64,000 bases of DNA from Candidatus Shapirobacteria bacterium (GTDB lineage: Bacteria > Patescibacteriota > Microgenomatia > UBA12405 > BS750m-G30): positions 191,769-255,768 of the forward strand of contig JBDRHA010000011.1 in the NCBI GenBank assembly GCA_043817235.1, in the 5' to 3' direction. A program made the position numbers and the translations under genes. The notes beneath the pieces are model-generated. The model made no database searches, was not told the DNA's origin, and was given only the letters and a program-made list of their open reading frames with translations. Position 1 is the first letter of the stretch. Each line of letters begins with the position of its first letter. This document shows positions 19,098 through 27,772 of this stretch, one piece after another.

Positions 19098-20831
19098 TTG
19101 AGTAAAATAAGGGTAGATAGAACAATAAATAGTAGTGTAAAATATAAATTCTTAATGGCAAGTAAAGTAATTACTATTAAAATCGCTGGGCCGGCGGGGT
19201 TAGGCATCAAGAGCAGCGGCCTGGCTCTCTCCCATATCTTGCTCGACCAAGGTTATTATGTCGCTGACTACAGTGAATATCCGTCCTTAATTAGAGGCGG
19301 GCATAATACCTATCAATTATCTTATTCTCTCCAAGAAGTAAAAGCGCCTTACTCTAAAATTGATCTTTTATTTTCGTTAAAAATCGGCCATTTTAAACCT
19401 CATCTTAAGGAAATGAAAAAAGAGGGCTTAATTTTCTGTGAAGAAAAAAATGCCAAAGTAAAATTTATTCCCTTAGAAAAATTAGCGGCCAAAGCAGGCA
19501 ATTCTGTTTTTAAAAATACGATTTGTTTAGGCGTAGCCGTTTATCTTTTGGACTTGGACTTTAAAAAGGCCAAAAACACTCTTAAGCAATTTTTCCCAAA
19601 AAAAACTAAAGAGAATTTAAAAGCATTTCAGCTCGGCTTTAATTTCGCCCAAGAAAATTTTCCTGTCCTAAAACAAAAAATAGAAATAGCAAAAATTAAT
19701 AAAAAAGTTAAAAATATTTTTTGCGACGGCAATGAGGCCTTTGGCTGGGGATTTTTACAAGGCGGAGGAAATTTTTACAGTGCCTATCCGATGACCCCCT
19801 CAACTACTACTCTCCATTTTTTGGCGGCTAAAGCTAGAGATTATAAGATCAAAGTCCGCCACGCCGAAGACGAGATCGGGGTGGCAAACATGGCCGCCGG
19901 CGCGGCTTTTGCCGGTGCCCGAGCGGCAGTCGGTACTTCAGGCGGCGGTTTTGCTTTAATGACAGAATCAATTTCTTTTTGCGGGATAACAGAAATCGGC
20001 TTAGTATATTATTTAGTGCAAAGACCCGGGCCAGCTACAGGCATGCCCACTTGGACTTCTCAAGGCGATCTTCTCTTTTATATTTTTTCCGGACATGGAG
20101 AATTTCCTAAAGTAGTACTGGCACCAGGCGATCAAGAAGAAAGTTTTGAAATGGGACATCAGGCCCTAAATTTAGCTGAAAACTTACAAACACCAGTAAT
20201 TGTTGTTTCTGATAAATATTTAGGCGAATCAGCCCAAACAGTTGCTGACTTTGCTAAAAGCAAAATTAAAATAGATCGGGGAAGATTAATAGAAAGGGCA
20301 AGTGATTTGCCTAAAAATTTCGCCCGCTACAACACTAAACACCAGTGCGGCCGCTCGTTTCGAACTATTCCGGGGGTAAAAAATGGCGAGTTTTTAGCTA
20401 ATAGTTATGAGCATGATAAATTTGGTTTTGTTGCCGAAGATGCAAAAACAGCCCAGACAATGGCCAAAAAAAGAATGCGGAAGTTAAAAACTGCTTTAAG
20501 GCTAACGCCCAAACCAGCTCTTTATGGCCCAAAAAACTTCGAAAAGCTAATTATCAGCTGGGGCTCGACCAAGGGGCCAATTTTGGCGGCCCTGGATTTG
20601 CTCCATAACCAAAAAATTGCTTTTTTGCAAATAAAAACTTTGTGGCCCATCCATCCTGAAGTTGAAAATATTATTAAGAAGGCCAAAGAAAAAATTATTA
20701 TTGAAAATAACCAAACCAGCCAGCTGACTACTTTACTTAAAACCCAATTCGATTTCAAACCCGATAAAAAAATATTAAAGTTTGACGGCCGGCCCTTTTT
20801 TCCGGAGGAACTCAATGACCAGCTTGAGTAA
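19098..20831 (+). CDS. korA: 2-oxoacid:ferredoxin oxidoreductase, fused gamma-alpha subunit (pyruvate/2-oxoglutarate family)
   Basis: N-terminal gamma-domain motif IKIAGPAGLGIKSSG...YSEYPSLIRGGHNTY followed by the alpha-subunit domain; the true start may be the MASKV at 19155. Confidence 0.8.
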   Translation: MSKIRVDRTINSSVKYKFLMASKVITIKIAGPAGLGIKSSGLALSHILLDQGYYVADYSEYPSLIRGGHNTYQLSYSLQEVKAPYSKIDLLFSLKIGHFKPHLKEMKKEGLIFCEEKNAKVKFIPLEKLAAKAGNSVFKNTICLGVAVYLLDLDFKKAKNTLKQFFPKKTKENLKAFQLGFNFAQENFPVLKQKIEIAKINKKVKNIFCDGNEAFGWGFLQGGGNFYSAYPMTPSTTTLHFLAAKARDYKIKVRHAEDEIGVANMAAGAAFAGARAAVGTSGGGFALMTESISFCGITEIGLVYYLVQRPGPATGMPTWTSQGDLLFYIFSGHGEFPKVVLAPGDQEESFEMGHQALNLAENLQTPVIVVSDKYLGESAQTVADFAKSKIKIDRGRLIERASDLPKNFARYNTKHQCGRSFRTIPGVKNGEFLANSYEHDKFGFVAEDAKTAQTMAKKRMRKLKTALRLTPKPALYGPKNFEKLIISWGSTKGPILAALDLLHNQKIAFLQIKTLWPIHPEVENIIKKAKEKIIIENNQTSQLTTLLKTQFDFKPDKKILKFDGRPFFPEELNDQLE

Positions 20832-21444
20832 ATACCAAACCGCAATGACTCCCACTTGGTGCCCGGGATGCAGTAATTATCTTTTAATGCAGGGCTTGCA
20901 AAAACATTTTGCAGAGCAGAAAACCCCTTCCGAAAATATTGTCATTTGCTACGACATTGGCTGTGCTGGCAACATGGCTGACTTTATCCATACTTATGGC
21001 GTACATACTTTACATGGCCGAGTAATCCCGGTCGGTTTTGGCATTAAGATCCATAACCCTAAATTAACAGTAGTCTGCGTTGGCGGAGATGGCGGAATTT
21101 ATGGCGAAGGTCTAAATCACTTAATTACTGCTGTCCGTGCCAATATTGACCTAAAGGTTTTTGTCTCAAACAATTTTCTTTATTCTCTCACCACTGGCCA
21201 AGCCTCACCCACCACGCCCAAAAAAGCTCAAACTAAATCAACTCCTTACGGGGTTGACCTTGTTCCTTTAAATGCTTTAAGTTTAATTAAAAAAGCTAAT
21301 CCTCAAGTTTGGGTTAAAAAGACAACCAGCCAAAAACCGCCAGAATTATTTTCCAAAATCCAGGAAGCTTTTTTTCATCGAGGCTTTAGTTTGCTGGAAA
21401 TAGAAACCGAATGCCTAGCTTTTGGCAAGCAACTTAAAAAGTAA
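20815..21444 (+). CDS. korB: 2-oxoacid:ferredoxin oxidoreductase beta subunit (TPP-binding)
   Basis: PTWCPGCSNY N-terminal motif and GDGG TPP-binding motif; start taken at MTSLSKYQ overlapping the korA stop. Confidence 0.8.
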   Translation: MTSLSKYQTAMTPTWCPGCSNYLLMQGLQKHFAEQKTPSENIVICYDIGCAGNMADFIHTYGVHTLHGRVIPVGFGIKIHNPKLTVVCVGGDGGIYGEGLNHLITAVRANIDLKVFVSNNFLYSLTTGQASPTTPKKAQTKSTPYGVDLVPLNALSLIKKANPQVWVKKTTSQKPPELFSKIQEAFFHRGFSLLEIETECLAFGKQLKK

Positions 21445-21446
21445 CC

Positions 21447-22424
21447 TTACTTCTTTTTAATTTTTATTTTCAAAAACCGGATAATTAAAACCAGAGGCAG
21501 CCAGACGACAGCGTAAACGCCGAGCCAAATTCCTAAAGTTCCCAAAGAGCGCAAGGAAGCAATTAAAGATCGAGTTGCTTGCTTGAAAATAGCAGCTGGC
21601 CGCCAGGGTTGAGCCGGGGCATAAGGCAAAGAAAGTTCGTCCGTGGAGAGATAAACGGTCACCTTGGCATTTTGAGCGGTTTTTTCTAGATAATCAGCTC
21701 TTCCTTTCAAATTATCAATTTGCTCTTGAATATAAATTATCTGCCGCTGGACCTCCAAAATATCTGCCACCTCCGTAGCCTGGTTTAAAATCTCCTCAAA
21801 TTTAGCTTTTGTTTTTTCTAGGGTGGCTATTCTCGCTTCAATGTCTATATATTGATCAGTCACATCGTGGCCAGTTAAACTTTCGGAAACCACCCGAACG
21901 CCTAGAGAACGATAACTTTCTAAGGCCTCATTAAGCTTATTTTGGGGGATGCGGACTGTCACGCTCCCGGAATCAACCCCCAAAGGGGAATTAAGCTGGG
22001 AATCAACCAGATAACCACCCAAGCCTTCTGATTTAGCAATAACTGCTTTTTGCTGCTCACGCACATTTTTTACTAGCAAAGAAAGCCAGGAGCTCTGCAC
22101 TATTAAACGGTCTTCTACTTCCGGGGCTGGCGCCGCTTCCGGATATAGCCCCCCACGGCCAATACTCGCTTCTTCCAGAGACTGAGAAAGACCAATTTTA
22201 GATGATTCAAAACCGATTAAGTCAGTATTATATTGAGGCAAAGAAGGCGAACTTTTTTTTAGGAGCAAAGCAAACAAAGCAACAATAAGTGTCAATTGCC
22301 AGTTTTTCTTCAGCCAAAAAGTTATTTTGCCCACCGGGATTAAGATAACAAAAACAAAGTCAGGATGCAAATTGCTAGAGCATGCCGTTGCGGTCCGCCA
22401 GTGGCGGAGTATCGGTCCTGTCAT
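21447..22424 (-). CDS. DUF4349-like protein (membrane-anchored, coiled-coil)
   Basis: N-terminal TM, central coiled coil, C-terminal TM; the N-terminal 30 aa of the ORF overlap a repeat element, so the true start is probably near 22320. Confidence 0.45.
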   Translation of the reverse strand: MTGPILRHWRTATACSSNLHPDFVFVILIPVGKITFWLKKNWQLTLIVALFALLLKKSSPSLPQYNTDLIGFESSKIGLSQSLEEASIGRGGLYPEAAPAPEVEDRLIVQSSWLSLLVKNVREQQKAVIAKSEGLGGYLVDSQLNSPLGVDSGSVTVRIPQNKLNEALESYRSLGVRVVSESLTGHDVTDQYIDIEARIATLEKTKAKFEEILNQATEVADILEVQRQIIYIQEQIDNLKGRADYLEKTAQNAKVTVYLSTDELSLPYAPAQPWRPAAIFKQATRSLIASLRSLGTLGIWLGVYAVVWLPLVLIIRFLKIKIKKK

Positions 22425-22425
22425 C

Positions 22426-22573
22426 CTTTGTCATTGCGAGCCCCCGAAACTTCGGGGGGCGTGGCAATCTTCCCAACGAGATTGCTTCGTCCTCCCGATG
22501 GCTAAAAATAACATCGGGACTCCTCGCAATGACACGGTCTCTGTCATCCCGCACTTGATGCGGGATGACAGAG
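22426..22573. repeat. MITE-like element: ~107-bp unit with terminal inverted repeats TGTCATTGCGAG/CTCGCAATGACA and internal hairpins, followed by a 30-nt hairpin CTGTCATCCCGCACTTGATGCGGGATGACAG
   Basis: inverted termini and three internal stem-loops are readable directly; a truncated copy sits at 35921-35990, a related hairpin at 4411-4441 and a related insertion inside the 23S at 29347-29415. Confidence 0.65.
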
Positions 22574-22614
22574 AAACAGAAGACGAATTACGATATAATA
22601 TAATCAATCAAAAT

Positions 22615-22691
22615 GGGCGGTTAGCTCAGTTGGCTAGAGCGTTTCTTTGACGTAGAAAAGGTCAGAGGTTCAAGTCCTCTACCGCCCACCA
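22615..22691 (+). tRNA. tRNA-Val (anticodon GAC), CCA encoded
   Basis: manual cloverleaf fold: acceptor GGGCGGT/ACCGCCC, D-arm GCTC..GAGC, anticodon stem TTTCT/AGAAA with loop TTGACGT, T-arm AGAGG TTCAAGT CCTCT; 74 nt plus CCA. Confidence 0.85.
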
Positions 22692-22695
22692 AATA

Positions 22696-23187
22696 TTATT
22701 TTTCCAAAACAATTGGCTCGTCAGTAGGCTCTAAGCGCTTGCCGTTAATTATCACCCAGACCACGCCCCCTTTTGATCCAATATCGGAAACCAAAAAAGA
22801 ATGTTCTTTGGTTTCTTCATTACTAAAGGGAAAAACAGAAAACATTTTTTGACTTTCCGAATCTTGGCATTCTAAACTAGCAAAGACTTGGTTGTTTGTT
22901 TTAAAAGTTACCAAATATTGCCCTTTAATTAAGGGCTTGATCTTTAAGCTCATAATCTCTGTTTCGTTAACTGCCTGGGAAAGCCAATTCTTGGGAGTAA
23001 AAACCTGACTGCCGGCGGCTAATAAAGAAAAACCTACTAACAAAAGAATAACTAACTTGCCCTTTTTTTCTTGCCAATCTTTGCCGCTGCCTACACCAAA
23101 AAGTAAAACCATTATAGCAGCGCTTACTAGCGCAAAAAGAAGAAGAAACAAAAAAATCTTAAACCAAAAACTAGATATTATTTCCAT
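22696..23187 (-). CDS. hypothetical signal-anchored protein
   Basis: 163 aa, N-terminal TM helix, no recognisable motif. Confidence 0.35.
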   Translation of the reverse strand: MEIISSFWFKIFLFLLLFALVSAAIMVLLFGVGSGKDWQEKKGKLVILLLVGFSLLAAGSQVFTPKNWLSQAVNETEIMSLKIKPLIKGQYLVTFKTNNQVFASLECQDSESQKMFSVFPFSNEETKEHSFLVSDIGSKGGVVWVIINGKRLEPTDEPIVLEK

Positions 23188-23209
23188 ATTTGAAAAACTT
23201 TATCACTTT

Positions 23210-23995
23210 TTAGCTGCTGGCGCTAGTGTATTTTTTCAAAGACCAAAACCAGAATTTCAAAGAAAAATAGGAAGCAATAATCCCCAAGAAAAAACTTAAT
23301 AAAATTATTTCTGGCCTTAATAATCCCAAAAGCACTTTAGCGGGAACGGTAATAAGAACAATCACTGGCACAATGAAAGTTAAGGCAACCCGTGCCCCCC
23401 GAGAGTAAATATCGGTTGGAAATCGAGCCATACTGGTCAAATCTCGATAAATCCAAACCAGGTGATCTACCTCCGTGGTTAAAATACCCATACTGCAAAC
23501 AAATAAATGAAAGGCAAAGCCAAGTAAAATGCTATTAAAAAGTAAAACGATAAACAAGACAAAAGCCAGCGTGGAAACTACCAGCTGATGACTAAAAATA
23601 TACCAAAAAGAAAATATCAGTAAAGGAATCAGAGTAATTAAATCTAAAATATCGGTCCAGCCAAAGAGAGGGCGGAAAAAAGAAGGTAGGGGTTTTAATA
23701 AATCCAAATCATAATTGCCAGAAATAATAAGCGGCCGAAAAATATAAACCCCTCTAAATAAAAACTGAATCACTATATCCACGATATTAAAAACCAGAAA
23801 GAAGAATATTACTTCTTCCCGAGAATATCCAGCAAGTGAGCCGACTCCGGATAAAACAGAATAAAGAAAAACAAAAAAGAAAATAAACCTTATTATTTTC
23901 CCAATTAAAAAAAGCAAACCTCCTTTAGAAGTTAAAAGCTGAGACTGAGCGGCAATTCCTGCCATTTTCAGCCAAATTCTAATTATTCTTCTCAT
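23210..23995 (-). CDS. ABC-2 family transporter permease (six TM)
   Basis: 261 aa polytopic protein; paired with a paralogous permease; no adjacent ATPase. Confidence 0.5.
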   Translation of the reverse strand: MRRIIRIWLKMAGIAAQSQLLTSKGGLLFLIGKIIRFIFFFVFLYSVLSGVGSLAGYSREEVIFFFLVFNIVDIVIQFLFRGVYIFRPLIISGNYDLDLLKPLPSFFRPLFGWTDILDLITLIPLLIFSFWYIFSHQLVVSTLAFVLFIVLLFNSILLGFAFHLFVCSMGILTTEVDHLVWIYRDLTSMARFPTDIYSRGARVALTFIVPVIVLITVPAKVLLGLLRPEIILLSFFLGIIASYFSLKFWFWSLKKYTSASS

Positions 23996-24020
23996 TCCTG
24001 TTTAAAAAACTATTTACTTT

Positions 24021-24821
24021 TTAATTTCCATAAGCAGCAAATCTTTTCATGCCTCGCCCCCAAATTCTCTTTCTTAAAAATAAAGCAGCCAGCAACCAAA
24101 AGAATAAAATTCCTATAATTTGAAATGTTTCCGTGCCAACTACTCCCTGATTCCAAATCTTTAGAGGATAATAAATTAAATAAGGAAAAGGAGTAAAAGA
24201 AATTACTTTAGTGAGAGTATTCGGCAAAACATCCAAAGGAAAAAATACTCCGGACATAAACTCCAAAAAGATAATTCCAAAAAGCCAGCGAGTCGCCCAA
24301 ACATCCTCGGTCCAAAAAGCAAAACAGGCAACCAGGTTACCGATCAGAAAATAAAGCAAAGCAGACAGACAAATAACTAAAGTAAAAACAAAATAAACAG
24401 CTAATTGCCCAGGAAAATATAAATTTAAACCTAATATTTTAACCACTAAAAATATTTCCAAAAATACGAAGAAAACATCCAAAAGCTTTGTTCCCAAATC
24501 TCGAGAAAAAAAGTAGCGAAAAATACTAATTGGTTTAACTAACCACTGGCTTAAATTGCCCTGAATAATTGACCCTGGCAAGTCATTAAAACTCCGCGAA
24601 CCCAAGACTATTCCTCGCAAAAAAGCAACTCCAATGACATAAGCAAACATTTGGGATTGGGTATAACCAAATAAGGCTTCTTTGCTCGCATAAATAGCTT
24701 GCCAGAAAAAAACCAAGGTTAAAAAAAAGACAAAACTGCGAAAACGCCAAAGAAGAAAATTTAAGCGGTAAACAAAGTAGTCTTCTAAAGTCAGTTTAAA
24801 GACCAACCAATATTTTCTCAT
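24021..24821 (-). CDS. ABC-2 family transporter permease (paralog)
   Basis: 266 aa polytopic protein with similar topology to 23210-23995. Confidence 0.5.
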   Translation of the reverse strand: MRKYWLVFKLTLEDYFVYRLNFLLWRFRSFVFFLTLVFFWQAIYASKEALFGYTQSQMFAYVIGVAFLRGIVLGSRSFNDLPGSIIQGNLSQWLVKPISIFRYFFSRDLGTKLLDVFFVFLEIFLVVKILGLNLYFPGQLAVYFVFTLVICLSALLYFLIGNLVACFAFWTEDVWATRWLFGIIFLEFMSGVFFPLDVLPNTLTKVISFTPFPYLIYYPLKIWNQGVVGTETFQIIGILFFWLLAALFLRKRIWGRGMKRFAAYGN

Positions 24822-24848
24822 CCTTATCCATAGTATAATCTATTTTAA

Positions 24849-25595
24849 ATGAAATTAGCGCAAAGTTGGCTTAAAAAACTAGAAGATCAGCTTTTTCCTA
24901 AAGAAGAAAAAAAATATTTTCAAATCCATCAGGCTAGATATTTATTCATTCTCCAACAATTAATCAATTACTTTCCGAGCCAAAAACTCAAGATTTTAGA
25001 TGTCGGGTGTTTTCCATATCATATAGCTAAAATACTGGAAGACCTTGGTCATGAAGTCTGGGGCATTTGCTCCCCTCACGAACCACTGGAGAAAAAAAAT
25101 GTCAAGATTCTTAATATTGAAAAAGAAAAATTCCCCTTTCGGAAAAATTTTTTTGACCTCGTGCTTTTTAACGAAATTATTGAGCATCTTTCTTGCTCAC
25201 CAATTCCTGCTTTAAAAGAAAGTCTACGGGTAACCAAGAAAGGCGGCCTATTTTTCCTTACTACTCCCAACGTCGCTGATTTATTTAACCGCCTGGCCTT
25301 GCTTTCGGGTAAAAACATAATGTATTCCCTTGACTATTTCCGGGAAAATAATGGAGAAGGGAGCAATATTTATCACCGCCATAATCGCGAGTATACACCC
25401 GGAGAAATAACAAAACTTCTAGCAGAAACTAATTGGAGAATAATTAAAAAAAAGTTTTTTATCAGCTATCATCCCTTTAGAAAAGGAAAAAAAGAGCAAT
25501 CAGTAATTTTAAAAGGAGCCAAAATAGCTAACTACTTAATTAGCTTGACCTTTCCTCACTTAAGAGATTCATTTTTTATCTGTGCGCGAAAATAG
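24849..25595 (+). CDS. class I SAM-dependent methyltransferase
   Basis: motif I ILDVGCFPYHIAKIL, acidic motif II, motif III LVLFNEIIEHL. Confidence 0.75.
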   Translation: MKLAQSWLKKLEDQLFPKEEKKYFQIHQARYLFILQQLINYFPSQKLKILDVGCFPYHIAKILEDLGHEVWGICSPHEPLEKKNVKILNIEKEKFPFRKNFFDLVLFNEIIEHLSCSPIPALKESLRVTKKGGLFFLTTPNVADLFNRLALLSGKNIMYSLDYFRENNGEGSNIYHRHNREYTPGEITKLLAETNWRIIKKKFFISYHPFRKGKKEQSVILKGAKIANYLISLTFPHLRDSFFICARK

Positions 25596-25609
25596 ACAAA
25601 AGACTAGTC

Positions 25610-26725
25610 TTATTTATAACCAATTGGCTTCCCTGTTGGCGCCAATTCCAAACTCAATCTTCTTCGCGGTTTATCAACATGCTCAATAAAGCATTTAACT
25701 TTTTGGCCCACATCCAGCTTAGCATTAGGAGGAATTTTGCTAATATGGATTAGCCCCTCAATTCCTGGTTCCAAATTAACTAAAGCGCCAAAGTTAGTAT
25801 TTTCTACTATTGTTCCTGTTATTGCTGTTTCCGGCTGATATTTCTTTTCAATGTCAGCCCAGGGATCTTTCTCCAGTCTTTTGATAGAAAACTGCAGTTT
25901 TTCTCCTGCTTTATTTAGCAAGACAACCTTAGCCTTATCGCCTATTTTATAGAGTTGTCTTAAATTTGCTATTTTTTCCCAAGATACCTCAGAAATATGA
26001 ACTAGGCCCTCCAGCTCCAGGTCTTCTTTATCTACTGGCACAGCAATAAATAAGCCAAAAGGTTCTACCCGAACAATTTTAGCCTCAAATTTCTTTCCCT
26101 CTTTTAAATCGCCTACTAATTTCTTCTCTTTGGCAACTACTTTAGGCTCAGAAACCATTCTTTCTGAAAACACTAAGCGATTTTTGGCTTGATCTACTTC
26201 TAAAACCCTTGCTTCTATCTGCTGGCCAATCAGATTTTCTGGATTTCCCTCATATTTTTTCCCAATTTGCGACCCGGGAATAAAGCCAAAAAGGCCAAAA
26301 GGAGCAGAAACCACTACCCCGCCGCGATTAATTTCCTTACCCCTTACTCTAATATCCTTCTTTTCTTTTAAAGCATTTTCAAAAAACTCCCACGACTGCT
26401 CAAAAGCGGCCTTTCTTAAGGAAAGTAAAGTTTGGCCCCGCTCATTTTCCAAAACCCGGATTTGAGCTCTAACCTCATCTCCAACTTTTAACTGAGAAAC
26501 AAAATCCTTTACTAAGCCTAATTCCTTGCCGGTAATAATGCCCTCAGTTTTCCCGCCAATGTCTAGAAACAGGGTCTTGGGTTTCATTTCCACTACCGTG
26601 CCGGTCACAAATTCACCTCGGGAAAAAGTTTTTAGTGGCGTTGAGGATAAAGTCAACAGCTCCTCCATAGATTTAGGAGCTAACTTGCTTTTTTTATTTT
26701 TCTTTTGTTTTTTGATAACTGGCAT
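25610..26725 (-). CDS. rpsA: 30S ribosomal protein S1 (four S1 RNA-binding domains, short form)
   Basis: repeated S1-domain pattern (G..V.G.V......G.FV.L..G..GL.H.S); 371 aa. Confidence 0.75.
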   Translation of the reverse strand: MPVIKKQKKNKKSKLAPKSMEELLTLSSTPLKTFSRGEFVTGTVVEMKPKTLFLDIGGKTEGIITGKELGLVKDFVSQLKVGDEVRAQIRVLENERGQTLLSLRKAAFEQSWEFFENALKEKKDIRVRGKEINRGGVVVSAPFGLFGFIPGSQIGKKYEGNPENLIGQQIEARVLEVDQAKNRLVFSERMVSEPKVVAKEKKLVGDLKEGKKFEAKIVRVEPFGLFIAVPVDKEDLELEGLVHISEVSWEKIANLRQLYKIGDKAKVVLLNKAGEKLQFSIKRLEKDPWADIEKKYQPETAITGTIVENTNFGALVNLEPGIEGLIHISKIPPNAKLDVGQKVKCFIEHVDKPRRRLSLELAPTGKPIGYK

Positions 26726-27015
26726 AATTCATATTTCTCCTTTCAATATATTATTGACCAAAAAATCAGATTGCTGAGTGTTTAAAGAAAAATCTTGTTC
26801 GGTTTTTAGGTACAGCTTGGCTAAAACCATTGCTGGTCTTACACCGGCTGCCCATACCCAGTAGTCTCCTGGGAACCTAATAATGATTCCTTATCTTGGG
26901 GTGGGCTTCCCGCTTCAGATGCTTTCAGCGGTTATCCTTTGGAAACATAGCTACCCGGCAATGCTCTTGACAGAACAACCGGTACACCAGAGGTTTCCCC
27001 AACTAGGTCCTCTCG

Positions 27016-27772
27016 TCAACGATCCTCCCATTGCTGGGAGGGTTAGACTATATCTTCATCCCCCGAATACTCGGGGGAGCTTGCCTTATTATGGAGGCTT
27101 TAATTTGCTTTATTTATTAAAGATAAAACACATCCTCCATCTCGTCCCGCAGCTGCGGGACTCAGTCGTTAAAGGGGTATAAGACCTCTTTTGAGAAACT
27201 CCTTGCGAACGTATTCGCAATTATATTTCTTTTTGACAGTTGCATAATTTATCGAAGACAATCTATCTGAAAGTTGACAAACTTCCAGAAATTTCTTCGG
27301 CTTTGGTTTTTTTTGCATAATTGAAATTGCCCTAAGCATTATTTCAACCTGCTTTCTCTTAAAAATGATATAAGGGGTCAACTCTTTAAGGGTTGACCCA
27401 ACAGCTTTGTAGCCTTCAATTCTCAGCTCGGTAATATGATCTTTTCTTCTAGAAAGATAACCAATTCCCAGTTTCTTTCTGATCCAAATAAGACCTTTTT
27501 CGTGCCGGGTATCTTGATAAAAACATATTACGGTTTTTACCCGAAAGCCAAAGCTTACCACCTTACGTGGCTTTAACTGAAGCATAATACTTCCGTCGCC
27601 ATATAAAAAACCAGCAATATATGCTTTTTCTTTTCCTGTCATTGTCAAAAAGTCTTTAACCTTCCCTTGGTATTACCCTCTAAGTCACAAGGACCAACGA
27701 GTTTAATTTTAAAGGGCTTCACCAATTTTAGCAAGTGTGACCTTGGCAATTACTTACCAAGGCAGCATTTAT
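27016..27772 (-). mobile_element. self-splicing (group I-like) intron in 23S rRNA carrying a homing endonuclease ORF
   Basis: exon sequence ...CTACAGT | ACGAGAGGACC... is contiguous in E. coli (AGU/ACGAGAGGACC, approx position 2656/2657) but separated here by ~757 nt; boundaries approximate. Confidence 0.75.
27169..27648 (-). CDS. LAGLIDADG family homing endonuclease (intron-encoded)
   Basis: 159 aa; classic LAGLIDADG motif YIAGFLYGDGSI near the N-terminus; lies entirely within the 23S interruption. Confidence 0.85.
   Translation of the reverse strand: MTMTGKEKAYIAGFLYGDGSIMLQLKPRKVVSFGFRVKTVICFYQDTRHEKGLIWIRKKLGIGYLSRRKDHITELRIEGYKAVGSTLKELTPYIIFKRKQVEIMLRAISIMQKKPKPKKFLEVCQLSDRLSSINYATVKKKYNCEYVRKEFLKRGLIPL

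Noticed and set aside
25596-25612. Short palindrome AAGACTAGTCTT between the convergent methyltransferase and rpsA genes as a bidirectional terminator
   Set aside because: The stem is only 4-6 bp with no loop and a weak T-tract; too weak to call
26726-26835. Possible 5S rRNA between rpsA and the 23S 3' end
   Set aside because: The segment aligns with the 3'-terminal helix of 23S (GCCGGTGTAAGACCAGCAATGG...GTACCTAAAAACC) and pairs with the 23S 5' leader; it lacks 5S loop motifs
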